A stretch of DNA of 64,000 nt from Oceanicaulis sp. (GCF_965249665.1 NZ_OZ252247.1:2339282-2403281), one strand, 5' to 3'. Shown: positions 40,612-48,051, counted from the stretch's first letter. Notes: generated from the sequence alone by a model not told the origin. Made by a program: numbers and translations.

Positions 40612-41319
40612 TCAGGACGCGTTGGACGCACTCAGAAACAACGAGGTGTCGCGGCCCGCCAACGCGTTGATCTGTGCGTCATTCACAGTCGTGGCGACGC
40701 TCCAGCCTTGAGGGGCCTCATAGTCAAAGTGCAGGGCGTTCACCGGAATGCGGCCGTCCAGCGCATCAAAGGCGAGCCAGCCGCTGTCTTCAAAATGCAC
40801 GGCCATGACGGCGCCGCCCTGACTGATTTCAAGGTCGTCAATCGCGATATCGGGCGCAGTGGCGCTGACCTGAATGGATTGCCCCAATAGGGCGCGCGCC
40901 GAATTCGCCTCACGATATTCAGCCGCCCAGCTCAAACCGATAGGTTCGTATCCGCCGCCCTGAGCGAGCATCTGGAACTCTTCGCGCGTGATGTCGGCGC
41001 GCAGTGTCTCAACGCCGGGCGCGCCGGCCAGATAGACGAGGTCGGCTGCGATCGCGGCATCGCCGTCCAGCCAATTGGGATGATCAACGACGATGGCGTG
41101 CAGATTGCCGGCTTCATCCACCAGCAAGTCCTTGATGGGGAGCTCCCCGTCAGTAAACGCCAGGCGCGATTGCAAGAGCGTGGAGGCCAGATAGAACGCC
41201 TTGCCGTCAGCCGTTTCGTTGACCAGGGTATTCTGTGGGGCGTCAAGATTTTGGGTGAAGGCGGTCGCTGACAATCCGGCCAGAGCCACGATCGCAGTCA
41301 AGGTCATAGCGGTCTTCAT
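40612..41319 (-). CDS. Secreted protein with two PRC-barrel-like repeats
   Basis: Start set at ATG 41319 (MKTAMTLTAIVALAGLSATAFTQ), which has a strong SD GAAGGAGG 8 nt upstream. Two segments resemble PRC-barrel domains. An EcfG-type promoter lies upstream. Confidence 0.65.
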   Translation of the reverse strand: MKTAMTLTAIVALAGLSATAFTQNLDAPQNTLVNETADGKAFYLASTLLQSRLAFTDGELPIKDLLVDEAGNLHAIVVDHPNWLDGDAAIAADLVYLAGAPGVETLRADITREEFQMLAQGGGYEPIGLSWAAEYREANSARALLGQSIQVSATAPDIAIDDLEISQGGAVMAVHFEDSGWLAFDALDGRIPVNALHFDYEAPQGWSVATTVNDAQINALAGRDTSLFLSASNAS

Positions 41320-41359
41320 CGTCAGGGCCTCCTTCATGTATGTTCAGGCTTGGTTTAGA

Positions 41360-41384
41360 AACGTGCCATGGGACGTCCGGTTCC
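41360..41384 (-). promoter_or_regulatory. EcfG (sigma-ECF15) type promoter GGAAC-N16-CGTT
   Basis: Minus strand reads GGAAC cggacgtcccatggca CGTT. Confidence 0.7.
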
Positions 41385-41404
41385 CGGTTTTTCAGGGAAT
41401 CACA

Positions 41405-41770
41405 ATGACCGTCGCCAAGACCGAACTTGCTGAAGAGCGGACAAACTTTGCGGAAGACCGCACGCTGATGGCCAGCGAGCGCACCTTCGCCAGCTGGCTG
41501 CGCACAGCGCTGGCCGCCATCGGCGTTGGGCTGGGGATGCAGGTGGTTTTTGACAGCTTTGAGCCCACCTGGATCGCCAAGATGATCTCCAGCCTGTTCA
41601 TGATGCTGGCGGTGGGGTTGATCGTGATGGGTCGGTTGCGGGACCGGGCCGTCGCACGATCGCTGAGCGCCCATTGTCTTGAAGGGCGCTCAAACTGGCT
41701 GGGAGATGTAGTGTCTGCAGGATTGTGCCTGGGCGCCCTGGGGGCGGTCCTGGTGATCTGGCTGGTCTAG
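41405..41770 (+). CDS. DUF202 (YidH) family membrane protein
   Basis: Start preferred at MTVAKTELAEERTNFAEDRTLMASERTFASWLRTALA, the DUF202 signature. Three TM helices. Confidence 0.75.
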   Translation: MTVAKTELAEERTNFAEDRTLMASERTFASWLRTALAAIGVGLGMQVVFDSFEPTWIAKMISSLFMMLAVGLIVMGRLRDRAVARSLSAHCLEGRSNWLGDVVSAGLCLGALGAVLVIWLV

Positions 41771-41771
41771 A

Positions 41772-42308
41772 TCACCACGCCTGGCGATAGCTCAGGCCGA
41801 TAAAATCAGATCGCGCGTTCCAACTGTTTTCGCCAAACCGTATTTCCCGGTTCTGACGAATATACCCTGCGGTGACTGCGCCATGATCATTCAGTGACAT
41901 GCCAACGCCCGCAAATCCGTCCGCCACGCCGACTTCGCCTGCCACGCGGGTCAGAGCGCTGATACCGCCGCCGCCCGGACGCATGATGACCGTCTCCTCA
42001 TCATAGGACACGATCAGGCTCAAACGTGAGATGGACCCAAAGGCGAGCGGACTCGTCTCCAGCTCCAGGCCGAGTCCGAAAGCGGACAGCTCGTCACTGT
42101 CAGCACGGCTTTCATTCTGAGCAGAAATAGTCGGGATCAACGCCGCGCTGTCCGCGCCGCCCAACGGGATGGACCAGGCGCTGTCGCTTGGGCCCTGGAA
42201 CTCAGCCTGTAATTGCGCGACAAACGTGCTTAGGACGGGACCGCGAACTTGCGCGTCCGGAGCCTGCGCAGCTTGCATAGCAATCAAAACGGCAGTAGTT
42301 GCGAACAT
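41772..42308 (-). CDS. Hypothetical secreted beta-rich protein (possible small OM beta-barrel)
   Basis: 178 aa with a signal-like N-terminus ending AQA and a C-terminal aromatic (…SYRQAW). SD gggagga lies upstream, and so does an EcfG-type promoter. Confidence 0.55.
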   Translation of the reverse strand: MFATTAVLIAMQAAQAPDAQVRGPVLSTFVAQLQAEFQGPSDSAWSIPLGGADSAALIPTISAQNESRADSDELSAFGLGLELETSPLAFGSISRLSLIVSYDEETVIMRPGGGGISALTRVAGEVGVADGFAGVGMSLNDHGAVTAGYIRQNREIRFGENSWNARSDFIGLSYRQAW

Positions 42309-42337
42309 GGCGTCCTCCCGATTTTGTATGAAAGACT

Positions 42338-42362
42338 AACGTCAGGGAGGCGAAACAGTTCC
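42338..42362 (-). promoter_or_regulatory. EcfG-type promoter GGAAC-N16-CGTT
   Basis: Minus strand reads GGAAC tgtttcgcctccctga CGTT. Confidence 0.7.
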
Positions 42363-42393
42363 CTTCAGAGAAGAGCTGAAGTGTTCAGGGCGG

Positions 42394-42660
42394 CTATTGG
42401 CCGTCGCGCAGCGCCTTGATCAGCTCGCTCTTGGTCATGCTCGAGCGCCCGTCGATGCCGATCTCCTGGGCGCGGTCGTACAACGCATCTTTCGTCCAGT
42501 CTTCATAGGCGTCGTGGGCGCCCCCTTTTGCAGCGGCGTCGCTGTCATCGGACGCCTGGGCGTTGGCGATGCGGGCGGCTTTGGATTTGGACGCGCCCTC
42601 CTCGCGCAGGGCTTCATAGGTTTCGTCATCCTTCACGGACGGACCATGATCCTTTGTCAT
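42394..42660 (-). CDS. Small hydrophilic stress protein with C-terminal Rho_N-like (SAP-like) motif
   Basis: 88 aa with ...WTKDALYDRAQEIGIDGRSSMTKSELIKALR. Its start overlaps the mscS stop. Confidence 0.7.
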   Translation of the reverse strand: MTKDHGPSVKDDETYEALREEGASKSKAARIANAQASDDSDAAAKGGAHDAYEDWTKDALYDRAQEIGIDGRSSMTKSELIKALRDGQ

Positions 42661-43859
42661 TATTCGTCTCCGTTTGCTGGGGGCTGTGGCGTTGTGGCGG
42701 GATCGACGACCGAGCCGTCATCGCGAGCGAGCATCAAGGTGCGCGTGGGGTAGGCGAACTCCACGCCCTCATCTGCGAACTTGCGCACGAGGGCGAGATT
42801 CACGGCGTGACGCACGTCCATGTAAACAGCGTAGTCCAGACTCTGGGCGTGACAGACAATCTCAAACTCCATTGCGCTGTCGGCGAAGCGGGCGAAATGA
42901 GCGCGTTCAAAACGGGCCTGGTCGGTCTCGTCGATAATGGCTTTGATCCAGTCCGGGATCTGCTCCAGCTGATCCGCGGCGGTCTGATAGGTCACACCGA
43001 TCTGAAACAGCCAGCGCCGCTCTTCGAGCCGTTGAAAATTGCGGATCGTCATGTCGAGCAGATTGGTGTTGCGGATGACGATCTCTTCGCCGGACAAGGA
43101 ACGCAGGCGTGTGGTTTTCAGTCCAATCTTGCTGACCGTGCCCAGACATTCGCCAAACTCGATCAAGTCATTGCGTTTGAAGGGTTTGTCGAACAGGATC
43201 GAGATGCCGGCGAACAGGTCGCTGAACAATCCCTGAGCCGCCAGGCCGATAGCGATGCCGCCAATGCCGAGACCTGCAATCAGGGCGGTGATGTCCACGC
43301 CGGCGTTATCGAGCAGGACCAGAAAAGCCGCTGACCAGATAAAGGTGCTGATCGCCCATTTGATGATGGCGATGCCGTTCCAGACAGCGCTGCGGCTGTC
43401 TGCGCGCTGTAAGGCGCGACGCTGCACCAGATCGACAGCCAAACCGCGAAAGATCGCTGCGACCTGTATGATCAACACCAGGCCCAGGATATACCAGATG
43501 GCGTCCAGAACGCTTTGAGGCGAGGATGTTACGCTCAGTCCGATAGCGGCGCCGATGATCAAAAAGGTCATGGCGGACAGCCGCTCTGCCGTTCCCAACA
43601 TAACGTGGGCCAGACTGCTTTGATCCAGGCGCTGGCGCGCAAACGACACGCCCCATTTTATCAAGAGCGCGGTGATGGTCACTGCCAGGGTGAGTGAAAG
43701 CGCCAGGGTCACCGATTGAGTATCCTCGGCGATCCAGTCCAGAAGTTCAGTAAAGGCCATGCGCCCTTGCTCGACGACGCCCTGAACGTTTTCCTCGACA
43801 GCGTTGAGGGTGTTTGAAGCTTCTGTATCCGGAGCTTGGGTCATGACAGGTCCCCGCAT
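42660..43859 (-). CDS. Mechanosensitive ion channel (MscS family)
   Basis: 399 aa with multiple N-terminal TM helices and the MscS beta-domain pattern (FDKPFKRNDLIEFGECLGTVSKIGLKTTRLRSLSGEEIVIRN). The start may instead be 43844. Confidence 0.85.
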   Translation of the reverse strand: MRGPVMTQAPDTEASNTLNAVEENVQGVVEQGRMAFTELLDWIAEDTQSVTLALSLTLAVTITALLIKWGVSFARQRLDQSSLAHVMLGTAERLSAMTFLIIGAAIGLSVTSSPQSVLDAIWYILGLVLIIQVAAIFRGLAVDLVQRRALQRADSRSAVWNGIAIIKWAISTFIWSAAFLVLLDNAGVDITALIAGLGIGGIAIGLAAQGLFSDLFAGISILFDKPFKRNDLIEFGECLGTVSKIGLKTTRLRSLSGEEIVIRNTNLLDMTIRNFQRLEERRWLFQIGVTYQTAADQLEQIPDWIKAIIDETDQARFERAHFARFADSAMEFEIVCHAQSLDYAVYMDVRHAVNLALVRKFADEGVEFAYPTRTLMLARDDGSVVDPATTPQPPANGDE

Positions 43860-43862
43860 ATG

Positions 43863-43890
43863 AAAAAGCGGACCCGCAGGCCCGCTTTTG
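43863..43890 (-). terminator. Hairpin with flanking A/T runs between dps and mscS
   Basis: aaaagcgg-acccgcaggc-ccgctttt. On the minus strand the stem is followed by ttttt. Confidence 0.5.
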
Positions 43891-43907
43891 CAAAGTCAAA
43901 AATGATC

Positions 43908-44417
43908 TTATTGCTTTGCGATGATGGCGTTGAGCATCCAGATCGCCTCTTCGTGCCAGCTCATGCGCTCGATCAGCATGTCGGCAGTGACGAAATCTTT
44001 CTTGTCTTCGCACCATTCGATGGCGTCGCGCATGGATTTGACCGCGGTGCGGTGGTCGTCCACCAGCATGCGCACATGCGCGTCAGCAGATTGTTCCAGA
44101 TCGTAATCGCGGATCTCTGACAGCTCGCCGTACTTGCGATAGGAAGCCGGGGCTTTTTCTCCCAAGGCGCGGATCCGCTCGGCCAGCTCGTCAATGGCGT
44201 GATAGAGATTCTCGTAATGCTCTTCAGTCAACTTGTGCAGGCTGTAGAAGGTTGGGCCGACCACATTCCAGTGCACGCCTTGGGTCTTGATAAACAGCAT
44301 GTAGCTGTCGGCGAGCACCTTGCCCAGTGCGCCAGCAATCTGGGTGCGATCTTCGGCTTCGATGCCGGATTTCGGGGCGAATGCGGCGGACTTGGACGCG
44401 AGAGCGGTGCTGCTCAT
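43908..44417 (-). CDS. dps: Dps-family DNA-protection/ferritin-like protein
   Basis: 169 aa with LADSYMLFIKTQGVHWNVVGPTFYSLHKLTEEHY...DELAERIRALG, the Dps ferroxidase-centre pattern. Confidence 0.9.
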   Translation of the reverse strand: MSSTALASKSAAFAPKSGIEAEDRTQIAGALGKVLADSYMLFIKTQGVHWNVVGPTFYSLHKLTEEHYENLYHAIDELAERIRALGEKAPASYRKYGELSEIRDYDLEQSADAHVRMLVDDHRTAVKSMRDAIEWCEDKKDFVTADMLIERMSWHEEAIWMLNAIIAKQ

Positions 44418-44447
44418 CTCAGTTCTCCATCAGTTGCGGACCCTTTC

Positions 44448-44473
44448 AACGCGGGTCGTGACGGATGGGTTCC
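44448..44473 (-). promoter_or_regulatory. EcfG-type promoter GGAAC-N17-CGTT upstream of dps
   Basis: Minus strand reads GGAAC ccatccgtcacgacccg CGTT. Confidence 0.7.
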
Positions 44474-44612
44474 AAAAATTGACAGTAAACCTGCCGCATT
44501 CGACACGTCTCACAAAAACACATCTATTGAAAAGGGCCAGCGCGGACCCTCAGGCAAAAACTATGCTTTATTATACGAGCTGAAACTGTAGTGGTTTTTT
44601 CTGAAAATTTTG

Positions 44613-44637
44613 GGAACCGGATATGGGCGAGGGCGTT
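44613..44637 (+). promoter_or_regulatory. EcfG-type promoter GGAAC-N16-CGTT upstream of the DUF1328 operon
   Basis: Reads GGAAC cggatatgggcgaggg CGTT. Confidence 0.7.
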
Positions 44638-44673
44638 GATTGGGGGACTGTTTAATGTTGAAGGAGCTACACC

Positions 44674-44850
44674 ATGTTGAGACTGGCCCTTGGATTTTTC
44701 GTCGTCGCCCTGATCGCGGCCCTCTTCGGTTTTGGCGGCATTGCAGCCGGCGCGGCCTCAATCGCGCAAGTTCTGTTCTTTGTCTTTCTGGTGCTGTTTG
44801 TGGTGTCGCTGCTGTTTGGCGCCCTGCGTGGACGCTCACCCCGAGCCTGA
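44674..44850 (+). CDS. DUF1328 (UPF0391/YtjA-like) small membrane protein
   Basis: 58 aa, below the ORF-track cutoff. My translation is [60 protein letters not shown] aaggag lies 8 nt upstream. Confidence 0.85.
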   Translation: MLRLALGFFVVALIAALFGFGGIAAGAASIAQVLFFVFLVLFVVSLLFGALRGRSPRA

Positions 44851-44867
44851 ACGTAGAGCCTTTATGA

Positions 44868-44899
44868 GAAGTCTGGCGGCGTAACAGTCGCCAGACTTC
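44868..44899 (+). terminator. 11 bp hairpin after the DUF1328 gene (attenuator/terminator, no U-tract)
   Basis: gaagtctggcg-10 nt-cgccagacttc. Confidence 0.35.
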
Positions 44900-44933
44900 A
44901 TCTGACAGACTTCAACAAAAAAGGATGTTGATC

Positions 44934-45155
44934 ATGAAACAGTTTGCCCCGCTGTTTATCGCCCCGTTTTTTATGGCTGCTGCGGCCTGCTCAGACGGTC
45001 CGGCTGAAAACGCTGGCGAAGACGTTGATGAGGCGATCGAGGACGTAACTGGCGAAGAGCAAGGTACGTTCGAGGAAGCTGGTGAAAACCTGGATGACGC
45101 GGCTGATGACGCCGAAGACGCCATCGAGGACGCGACCGACGAACCGCCTCGCTAA
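44934..45155 (+). CDS. Small highly acidic lipoprotein, entericidin-like N-terminus
   Basis: MKQFAPLFIAPFFMAAAAC (lipobox) is followed by AGEDVDEAIED...AEDAIEDATDE. The second ATG is preferred because of SD spacing. Confidence 0.6.
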   Translation: MKQFAPLFIAPFFMAAAACSDGPAENAGEDVDEAIEDVTGEEQGTFEEAGENLDDAADDAEDAIEDATDEPPR

Positions 45156-45203
45156 ATTTGGTTTTGCGACCATCATCCCCTTCAAAACACAAAGGAGAGC
45201 GAC

Positions 45204-45488
45204 ATGGCACGCGCCACTGCTAAGTCCGATGTTACGACTGAAGAGCTGAAATCTGATCTGGATGCGCTGCGTGCGGATATGGATCAGTTGGTCGGCGACT
45301 TGTCCAAGATCGTCCAGCAAAGCGGGGAATCGGGTGTCAAAGCCGGACGTTCCGCAATCGAGGACGGCTTGGACGCTGCAGAAGAAGCGCCTGACCAATT
45401 GCGTGAGCTCATTCGTGAGAACCCGCTTGGCGCCTGCGGCGCCGCGATTGGCGCAGGGTTTCTCGGCGCCCTGTTGATGCGTCGCTAG
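45204..45488 (+). CDS. DUF883 (ElaB/YqjD-like) membrane-anchored stress protein
   Basis: 94 aa with LKSDLDALRADMDQLVGDL, and a C-terminal ENPLGACGAAIGAGFLGALLMRR anchor. SD aaaggaga upstream. Confidence 0.8.
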   Translation: MARATAKSDVTTEELKSDLDALRADMDQLVGDLSKIVQQSGESGVKAGRSAIEDGLDAAEEAPDQLRELIRENPLGACGAAIGAGFLGALLMRR

Positions 45489-45498
45489 GAGACGCACT

Positions 45499-45861
45499 GT
45501 GAACGCGCTTCTGATAGCTATCGCGCTCATCGGGCCTGTACTCGGCGCAGTATTCGCCACCCATGCGGGATGGAGCTGGGCGTCAAACCAGTACTCCCCA
45601 TGGGTGGCCAGCGCCCTGGTCGGCTCTATTTATGCATGCCTGGGTTCAATCGCCGCGGCGACACTGTTGTGGAGAGCCAAGGCGAGCAAACCACCGGCTC
45701 AAGCGCCCTCGGGCGCCGCGTCGCCTCTGACGCTGGTTGAGACCGCTATGAAACGTAAACCGCTGCAAACCACGGCAGCCTTGATGGGTTTGGGCGCGCT
45801 TTTGGCTCGAAAGCCAAAACTGGCTCTAACAGCCCTCTCAAAGTTTGCGGCCTCCAGCTGA
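45499..45861 (+). CDS. Hypothetical membrane protein downstream of the DUF883 gene
   Basis: 120 aa, GTG start, 2-3 hydrophobic helices. It sits where YqjE/YqjK-type partners usually sit, but I see no clear motif. Confidence 0.5.
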   Translation: MNALLIAIALIGPVLGAVFATHAGWSWASNQYSPWVASALVGSIYACLGSIAAATLLWRAKASKPPAQAPSGAASPLTLVETAMKRKPLQTTAALMGLGALLARKPKLALTALSKFAASS

Positions 45862-45872
45862 AGGGTCTTCCC

Positions 45873-46676
45873 TTGTCAAAAAAGAATGATCAGGAGCTGC
45901 GCGCCAAGCGATTAGCGGCGCGCAGCGAAATTGCGTCTAAAACGCTTTATTCCATCATTGCTGAGACGGGCAAAGAGGAGCTTCTGCGCCCCTCCAGCTC
46001 TTTATTGTATTCCGCGTTGACAGCCGGACTCGCCATGGGCGCGTCCGTTTTGCTGATGGGCGCAATCGAGCGCGCTGTCGGAGATGCTGACTGGAGCTAT
46101 CTGGCGATTGCTGCCGGATACCCGGCGGGCTTTTTGCTGATCGCAATGGCGCGCATGCAATTGTTCACGGAAAACACGCTGACGGCGGTTCTGCCTGTGA
46201 CCAAGCATCGGCGCTGGAGATCTGTACGCTTGTTGATGCGGCTTTGGGCAATTGTCTTGTTCGGCAATCTGGTGGGGGCCGTCGTGATCGGTTCAGTGCT
46301 CAGTCATGTGACCGACCCAGAGCTGTTTGACGCGATGGTCACGGCATCCTCTCACATCATGCATCGCGACATAGCGGGCAATTTCATTGCTGCGTTGCCA
46401 GCCGGCTTCCTGATCGGGCTGATGGCCTGGTCATTACCCGGCCTGCCCTATGAAAAGCTCGGGACGGTGTTCATTGTGACTTATCTGGTGGGCGCTGGCG
46501 GCTTTCCGCACATCGTAGCCGGCACCGTGGAAGCGACCGTCCTGATCGTCGCGGGCAGTTGGGGCGTTGGCGACGCAATCAGCTTCATCATTCCCGTTCT
46601 CATCGGCAATACTTTGGGCGGTGCGGCGCTGTTTGCAGGCTTGGCGTACGGCCAGGTGCACGAAGAAATCGAATAG
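45873..46676 (+). CDS. Formate/nitrite transporter (FNT) family protein
   Basis: 267 aa, TTG start. Six TM helices with LFTENT and ...GGFPHIVAG... FNT-like loops. Confidence 0.75.
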   Translation: MSKKNDQELRAKRLAARSEIASKTLYSIIAETGKEELLRPSSSLLYSALTAGLAMGASVLLMGAIERAVGDADWSYLAIAAGYPAGFLLIAMARMQLFTENTLTAVLPVTKHRRWRSVRLLMRLWAIVLFGNLVGAVVIGSVLSHVTDPELFDAMVTASSHIMHRDIAGNFIAALPAGFLIGLMAWSLPGLPYEKLGTVFIVTYLVGAGGFPHIVAGTVEATVLIVAGSWGVGDAISFIIPVLIGNTLGGAALFAGLAYGQVHEEIE

Positions 46677-46689
46677 ACGGGTTCAGGTC

Positions 46690-46714
46690 GGAACGTATTG
46701 CGACCTGAGGCGTT
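46690..46714 (+). promoter_or_regulatory. EcfG-type promoter GGAAC-N16-CGTT with no downstream ORF
   Basis: Reads GGAAC gtattgcgacctgagg CGTT, starting 14 nt after the FNT stop codon. Confidence 0.7.
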
Positions 46715-46720
46715 GTTTCG

Positions 46721-46832
46721 ATGTCCCTGGCCTAAAGGGACGCCAAGAGTGTGTTGCGAGGTTGATCCTCCCCCTGACCGAACCTCGCACAACGCAAATA
46801 GAGCCGTCCTCTTCTTGAGGGCGGCTTTTGCG
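46721..46832 (+). ncRNA. Candidate EcfG-dependent small RNA (GsrN-like architecture)
   Basis: Three elements follow the promoter. Hairpin 1 is gtccct-ggcctaa-agggac (46723-46741). Hairpin 2 is tgcgaggtt-[gatcctccccctgaccg]-aacctcgca (46755-46789), with a C-rich 17 nt loop. The terminator is gccgtcct-cttcttg-agggcggc-tttt (46803-46829). No credible ORF. Confidence 0.55.
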
Positions 46833-47063
46833 TTTCTGCTGATAGCGCCAACTGTGTTCTCGCGCTGATGCGCTCAGATGCGGTGTTCAGCTTGGCTTCA
46901 GGGTTGGCCAGGGGATCTAACTCGCTCACCCTTGCTCAAGCCTCGCAAGCGTCAAAGCATCGATCGCTCTCACAGCGACCCAATTCATCTTGCAAGAGCA
47001 AGGAGGCCGATGGCTCCTGGCGGCGTCACTCAGCAACTGTTGCAGATCATGGCGGTGAGCACA

Positions 47064-47093
47064 CAAAAAAAGGGGCGCGCCGAAGCGCGCCCC
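47064..47093 (-). terminator. Intrinsic terminator of the PRC-barrel gene
   Basis: Minus strand reads ggggcgcgc-ttcg-gcgcgcccc followed by tttttttg. Confidence 0.8.
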
Positions 47094-47123
47094 CAGATAA
47101 AAGGTTGGTCAGACCTTAGAGAC

Positions 47124-47849
47124 TTAGCGGCCGTCAAGATAGGCGCCGGCGTTGACCGGAGTCTCTTCGAGCATCTCGACATCTTCCGACGTCAGATCGG
47201 CTGAGACAGTCCAGCCAGCTTCAGTGGTGTAACCAAGCTCAAGAGCGTCAAAGTCAACGCGGCCGACATTGCCGCCGAAGCCGATGAACCCGCCATCACG
47301 GATGATGGCGTACTCGGTGTCGCCTTGCGCAGTGAACTCCACGTCTTCGATATGGGCGATGGTTTCGCCCTGGGCGTTCACGATGGCAGATCCGGTCAGA
47401 TCGCTGTAAAACAGATCGCCGTCTTCACGTTGGTCTTCGACAGAGACGGTAAACGGGCTGTTCTCAATGACCTCGGCGTCATCCAGCTGATCGTCTGTGA
47501 TGGACGCGGTCACGACTAGCTCGCCTTCCGCACCATAAGACAGGTTTGCAGCGATTGTGGACACTGCAACTTCCTCGTCAAACAGTCCCAGGAAGCCGCC
47601 GCGGGAGATAATCAGCGCTTCGGGGTCGCCTGCATCGCTCATCCGGATGTCCGTGATGGCGGAGGCGCCGTCTGCGTATTCGAGATCCGCGCCGACAACG
47701 TCGGACGCCTTGATGGTGTCCGCCATCATGGCGGCTTCGACATGGGACTCCGTTTCCATGTGTGCTGTCGCATCCTGGGCTTGCGCCGTTGCGAGAGCGG
47801 TGGTGGAAACCAGAGCGATCGAGGTGGTCAGCATCAGCTTGTTCAACAT
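47124..47849 (-). CDS. Secreted PRC-barrel domain protein (two repeats)
   Basis: 241 aa with a signal peptide ...ALATAQAQ. Two PRC-barrel-like segments are present (...VVGADLEYADGASAITDIRMSDAGDPEALIISRGGFLGL... and ...LTGSAIVNAQGETIAHIEDVEF...AIIRDGGFIGFGG...). SD aaggaga upstream. Confidence 0.75.
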   Translation of the reverse strand: MLNKLMLTTSIALVSTTALATAQAQDATAHMETESHVEAAMMADTIKASDVVGADLEYADGASAITDIRMSDAGDPEALIISRGGFLGLFDEEVAVSTIAANLSYGAEGELVVTASITDDQLDDAEVIENSPFTVSVEDQREDGDLFYSDLTGSAIVNAQGETIAHIEDVEFTAQGDTEYAIIRDGGFIGFGGNVGRVDFDALELGYTTEAGWTVSADLTSEDVEMLEETPVNAGAYLDGR

Positions 47850-47892
47850 AACTGTCTCCTTTTGCTAGCGATCAATTCGAACGCAATTAGGA

Positions 47893-47917
47893 AACGTCGT
47901 GAGCTTGCGCTGGTTCC
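47893..47917 (-). promoter_or_regulatory. EcfG-type promoter GGAAC-N16-CGTT
   Basis: Minus strand reads GGAAC cagcgcaagctcacga CGTT. Confidence 0.7.
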
Positions 47918-47985
47918 ATAATACAGTTGGGCGATTTCGCGAAACTATTGTGTCGAATCCTCTTGATTCTGACACATTGTCTGAC

Positions 47986-48029
47986 GCATATAAAAACGCC
48001 GGGATTTTTATCCCGGCGTTTTTATATGC
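47986..48029. terminator. Perfect 44 bp palindrome / bidirectional terminator 3' of phyR
   Basis: gcatataaaaacgccggga-ttttta-tcccggcgtttttatatgc. The GC core stem is flanked by A/T runs on both sides. Confidence 0.65.
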
Positions 48030-48051
48030 GTATCTTGCTTGTGCTTGCTTT

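Noticed and set aside
47010-47204. ORF preceded by a strong AAGGAGG Shine-Dalgarno-like sequence
   Set aside because: SD-to-ATG spacing is only about 3 nt. The frame runs through the convergent gene's terminator and into its coding region on the opposite strand. The composition is not protein-like.
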